Assembly: GCA_902494625.1 (NCBI GenBank)
Contig: CABUUB010000001.1
Span: 17,708 to 81,707, forward strand
Source: an uncultured Collinsella sp.
GTDB taxonomy: Bacteria > Actinomycetota > Coriobacteriia > Coriobacteriales > Coriobacteriaceae
Direction of reading: 5' to 3'
Length of the DNA: 64,000 bases
The notes under the pieces were generated by a model, which was not told the DNA's origin, did not search any database, and was given only the letters and a program-made list of their open reading frames with translations. Below are positions 62,386 through 64,000 of this stretch, in pieces. The position numbers and the translations under genes are program-made. Positions within the stretch are counted from its first letter, which is position 1. Every line of letters starts with the position of its first letter.

Positions 62386-63577
62386 GACCGCGCTTCGCAT
62401 GGCGCTGGCGCACCCGTTCTACCTGCTCATCTATACGGTGTTCATCTCGCTCATGGGCGTATTCATCGCGGCATCGGTGAGCTGGAACTCGTCGCAGCTC
62501 ACCGAGTACAAGCCCTACGACACCAACGTGATCGTGGTCGACCGCGACAATAGCGACCTTTCGCGTGCGCTTACCAAGCATCTGGGTTCGCGTTTTGAGC
62601 TGGTCACGGGCGTCGGCGACGACACCTACGACCTTGCGGACGCGCTCTCCAAGAGCAACAGCGCCAAAGGCAGCGTCGACTGCGTGTTCTTTATCCCGGA
62701 GGAGTTTGAGGACGACCTCGTTGCGGCTGCCCGCGCGGGGGAGGCCCTGCCCAAGCTCGATGTGACCTACGGTGCCGGCACCATGGCGGCGGCGCTTTCG
62801 TCTGTCGAGGCCTCGCGTTGGATCTCGCTCGCGGGCGCTGCGGCCGCACTTGAGCCTGCTGCCTCCAACGGTGACGTCGCCAAGGCTGCCGAACACGCGG
62901 CCACCGAGCGTGCCGAGGTCGAGATCGAGCAGGTCAAGGTCGACTCGACTGCCGCCGCCACGCTCGAGTCGTACTTTAACTTTGGCGCGTACGCGATCAT
63001 CTCGTCGGTCATCGTGTCGGTGGGACTGGTGTTCTCGGGCATGAACGAGCCCGAGCGTGTGCGCCGCATGGAGGCCGGCCCGGTCTCCGAGCGCCAGCGC
63101 TCGCTTGCCGTGTTCGCGGCTGCTGCAGTGCTCACCGTCTGCATCTGGTTTGTGTCGAGCATGATGGGCGTCGTGGGCTTTGCCGGCGCGGTTGCCGAGG
63201 TCGGCGTGGGTCGTGTGTGCCTGGCGCTGGCGGCGACGTTTGCCCTGGCGTGCACGCCTCTGGCCGTTGGCTTTGCGCTGTCGAGCCTGGGTGCGCGCGA
63301 GGAGCTGCTTAATGGTGTGGGCAACCTGCTCGGCATGCTCATGACGTTTTTGGGCGGCGCTTGGATGCCGCTGTCGCTGATGGGCTCGGCCGTGCAGACG
63401 GTGGCGCACTTTGTGCCGACGTATTGGGTGAACGACGCGATTGGCAAGGCGCTCGCTTCGGATCTGACGTCTGCCGTGTTGGGCGACATCGCCTGCGACC
63501 TGGGCGTCACCGTGCTCTTCGCCGCCGCCATTGCCGCCGTAGGCCTAGCCCTCTCACGCGCCAAATCCCGCGCCTAG
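62372..63577 (+). CDS. ABC-2 type transporter permease (second)
   Basis: Same topology as the preceding permease. The ATG follows GGAAGGAG and overlaps the previous gene by 14 nt. Confidence 0.75.
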   Translation: MSTFKTALRMALAHPFYLLIYTVFISLMGVFIAASVSWNSSQLTEYKPYDTNVIVVDRDNSDLSRALTKHLGSRFELVTGVGDDTYDLADALSKSNSAKGSVDCVFFIPEEFEDDLVAAARAGEALPKLDVTYGAGTMAAALSSVEASRWISLAGAAAALEPAASNGDVAKAAEHAATERAEVEIEQVKVDSTAAATLESYFNFGAYAIISSVIVSVGLVFSGMNEPERVRRMEAGPVSERQRSLAVFAAAAVLTVCIWFVSSMMGVVGFAGAVAEVGVGRVCLALAATFALACTPLAVGFALSSLGAREELLNGVGNLLGMLMTFLGGAWMPLSLMGSAVQTVAHFVPTYWVNDAIGKALASDLTSAVLGDIACDLGVTVLFAAAIAAVGLALSRAKSRA

Positions 63578-63671
63578 TCTGAAATAAATCCTAGGCCTCG
63601 CCCCAAAATAGTTCGCCAAGGTTTACTATTACGTTCATAAAGTAGTACGAGGCTAACAATGGGGGGATACC

Positions 63672-64000
63672 ATGGCAACGCAGGAAGCCTATGTCCAGGT
63701 TAAAGATCTTAAAAAGCACTACGGCGACGGTGATGCGCGCCTGACGGTACTCGATGGCATCGACACGTCCATCAACCGCGGCGAGATCTGCGTCATGCTG
63801 GGGCCCTCGGGCTCGGGCAAGTCGACCTTTCTCAACCTGATCGGCGGCCTGGAGGATGCCGACGGCGGCTCCATCATGGTGGACAGCTGCGACCTCACGG
63901 TGCTCAAGCCTGCCGACCTGGGCGAGTATCGCCGCCGTGAGCTGGGTTTTGTCTTCCAGTTCTACAACCTGGTGCCCGACCTCACCATCAAGGAGAACAT
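63672..64000 (+). CDS. ABC transporter ATP-binding protein (MacB/FtsE-like), 3'-truncated by the window edge
   Basis: The ATG follows GGGGGGA. Motifs VQVKDLKKHYG...[17 protein letters not shown]...RRRELGFVFQFYNL. Runs off the end of the window. Confidence 0.8.
   Translation, partial: MATQEAYVQVKDLKKHYGDGDARLTVLDGIDTSINRGEICVMLGPSGSGKSTFLNLIGGLEDADGGSIMVDSCDLTVLKPADLGEYRRRELGFVFQFYNLVPDLTIKEN

Noticed and set aside
60178-62400. 740-aa minus-strand ORF. Similar long antisense ORFs occur at 4711-6378, 9019-10731, 20612-21826, 27046-28314, 35216-36631, 37668-39392 and 46013-47329.
   Set aside because: All are antisense to genes with unambiguous motifs (ABC ATPase, PPIase, permeases, ECF-T, BPL-like, GltD-like, Isf-like, EchAB). 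Their R/G/A/H-rich composition and lack of stops are the expected artefact of >60% G+C.

Overview
This is a 64-kb high-G+C chromosomal segment with about 52 protein genes and one tRNA. I infer an anaerobic Gram-positive actinobacterium, probably Coriobacteriia-like, from gene content: LPXTG and LAXTG surface proteins, a membrane-embedded LuxR regulator, NfnAB, an Ech-type [NiFe]-hydrogenase and many flavin/FeS reductases. The backbone is housekeeping: a parvulin foldase, YqeY, a polar amino-acid ABC importer, nfnAB, pth, prs, glmU, an ECF transporter, xth, a sirtuin, a folP-folK fusion, coaX and initiator tRNA-Met. Several accessory pieces interrupt it.

1. A lower-G+C left end (1-4.6 kb) carries four uncharacterised membrane, Zn-ribbon and coiled-coil genes plus a RelB/PIN toxin-antitoxin pair.
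2. A stand-alone AAA+/DUF4143 ATPase gene is bracketed by three copies of a 41-43-bp palindrome.
3. An orphan soluble reductase cluster (31.4-43.2 kb) combines an FrdA/KstD-like flavoprotein, a NuoG/GltD-like FeS-flavoprotein, a degenerate NuoF-like protein cut by an in-frame TAA and an Isf-like flavoprotein. LysR and PucR regulators flank it, and an OYE/FadH-type enoate reductase lies next to it.
4. A six-function Ech hydrogenase operon has its EchA and EchB membrane subunits fused into one 960-aa protein.
5. A 2436-aa vWFA and pilin-isopeptide-repeat LPXTG adhesin is flanked by three ~154-158-bp elements with terminal inverted repeats.
6. A DesK/NarL-type two-component system sits next to ABC-2 exporters.

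The signal least explained by genes is non-coding. A 15-bp motif (TCTCGATCTGTAACA) occurs 16 times at three intergenic loci. It always alternates in orientation with an exact 40/41-bp phase (80-bp hairpin units, 2-3 per locus). There is also a 4 x 27-bp tandem array of GGGAC-N-GTCCC palindromes and several other structured repeat families. No CRISPR array, rRNA, intact IS or prophage was seen. All calls come from reading the sequence and the ORF translations; no database search was possible.
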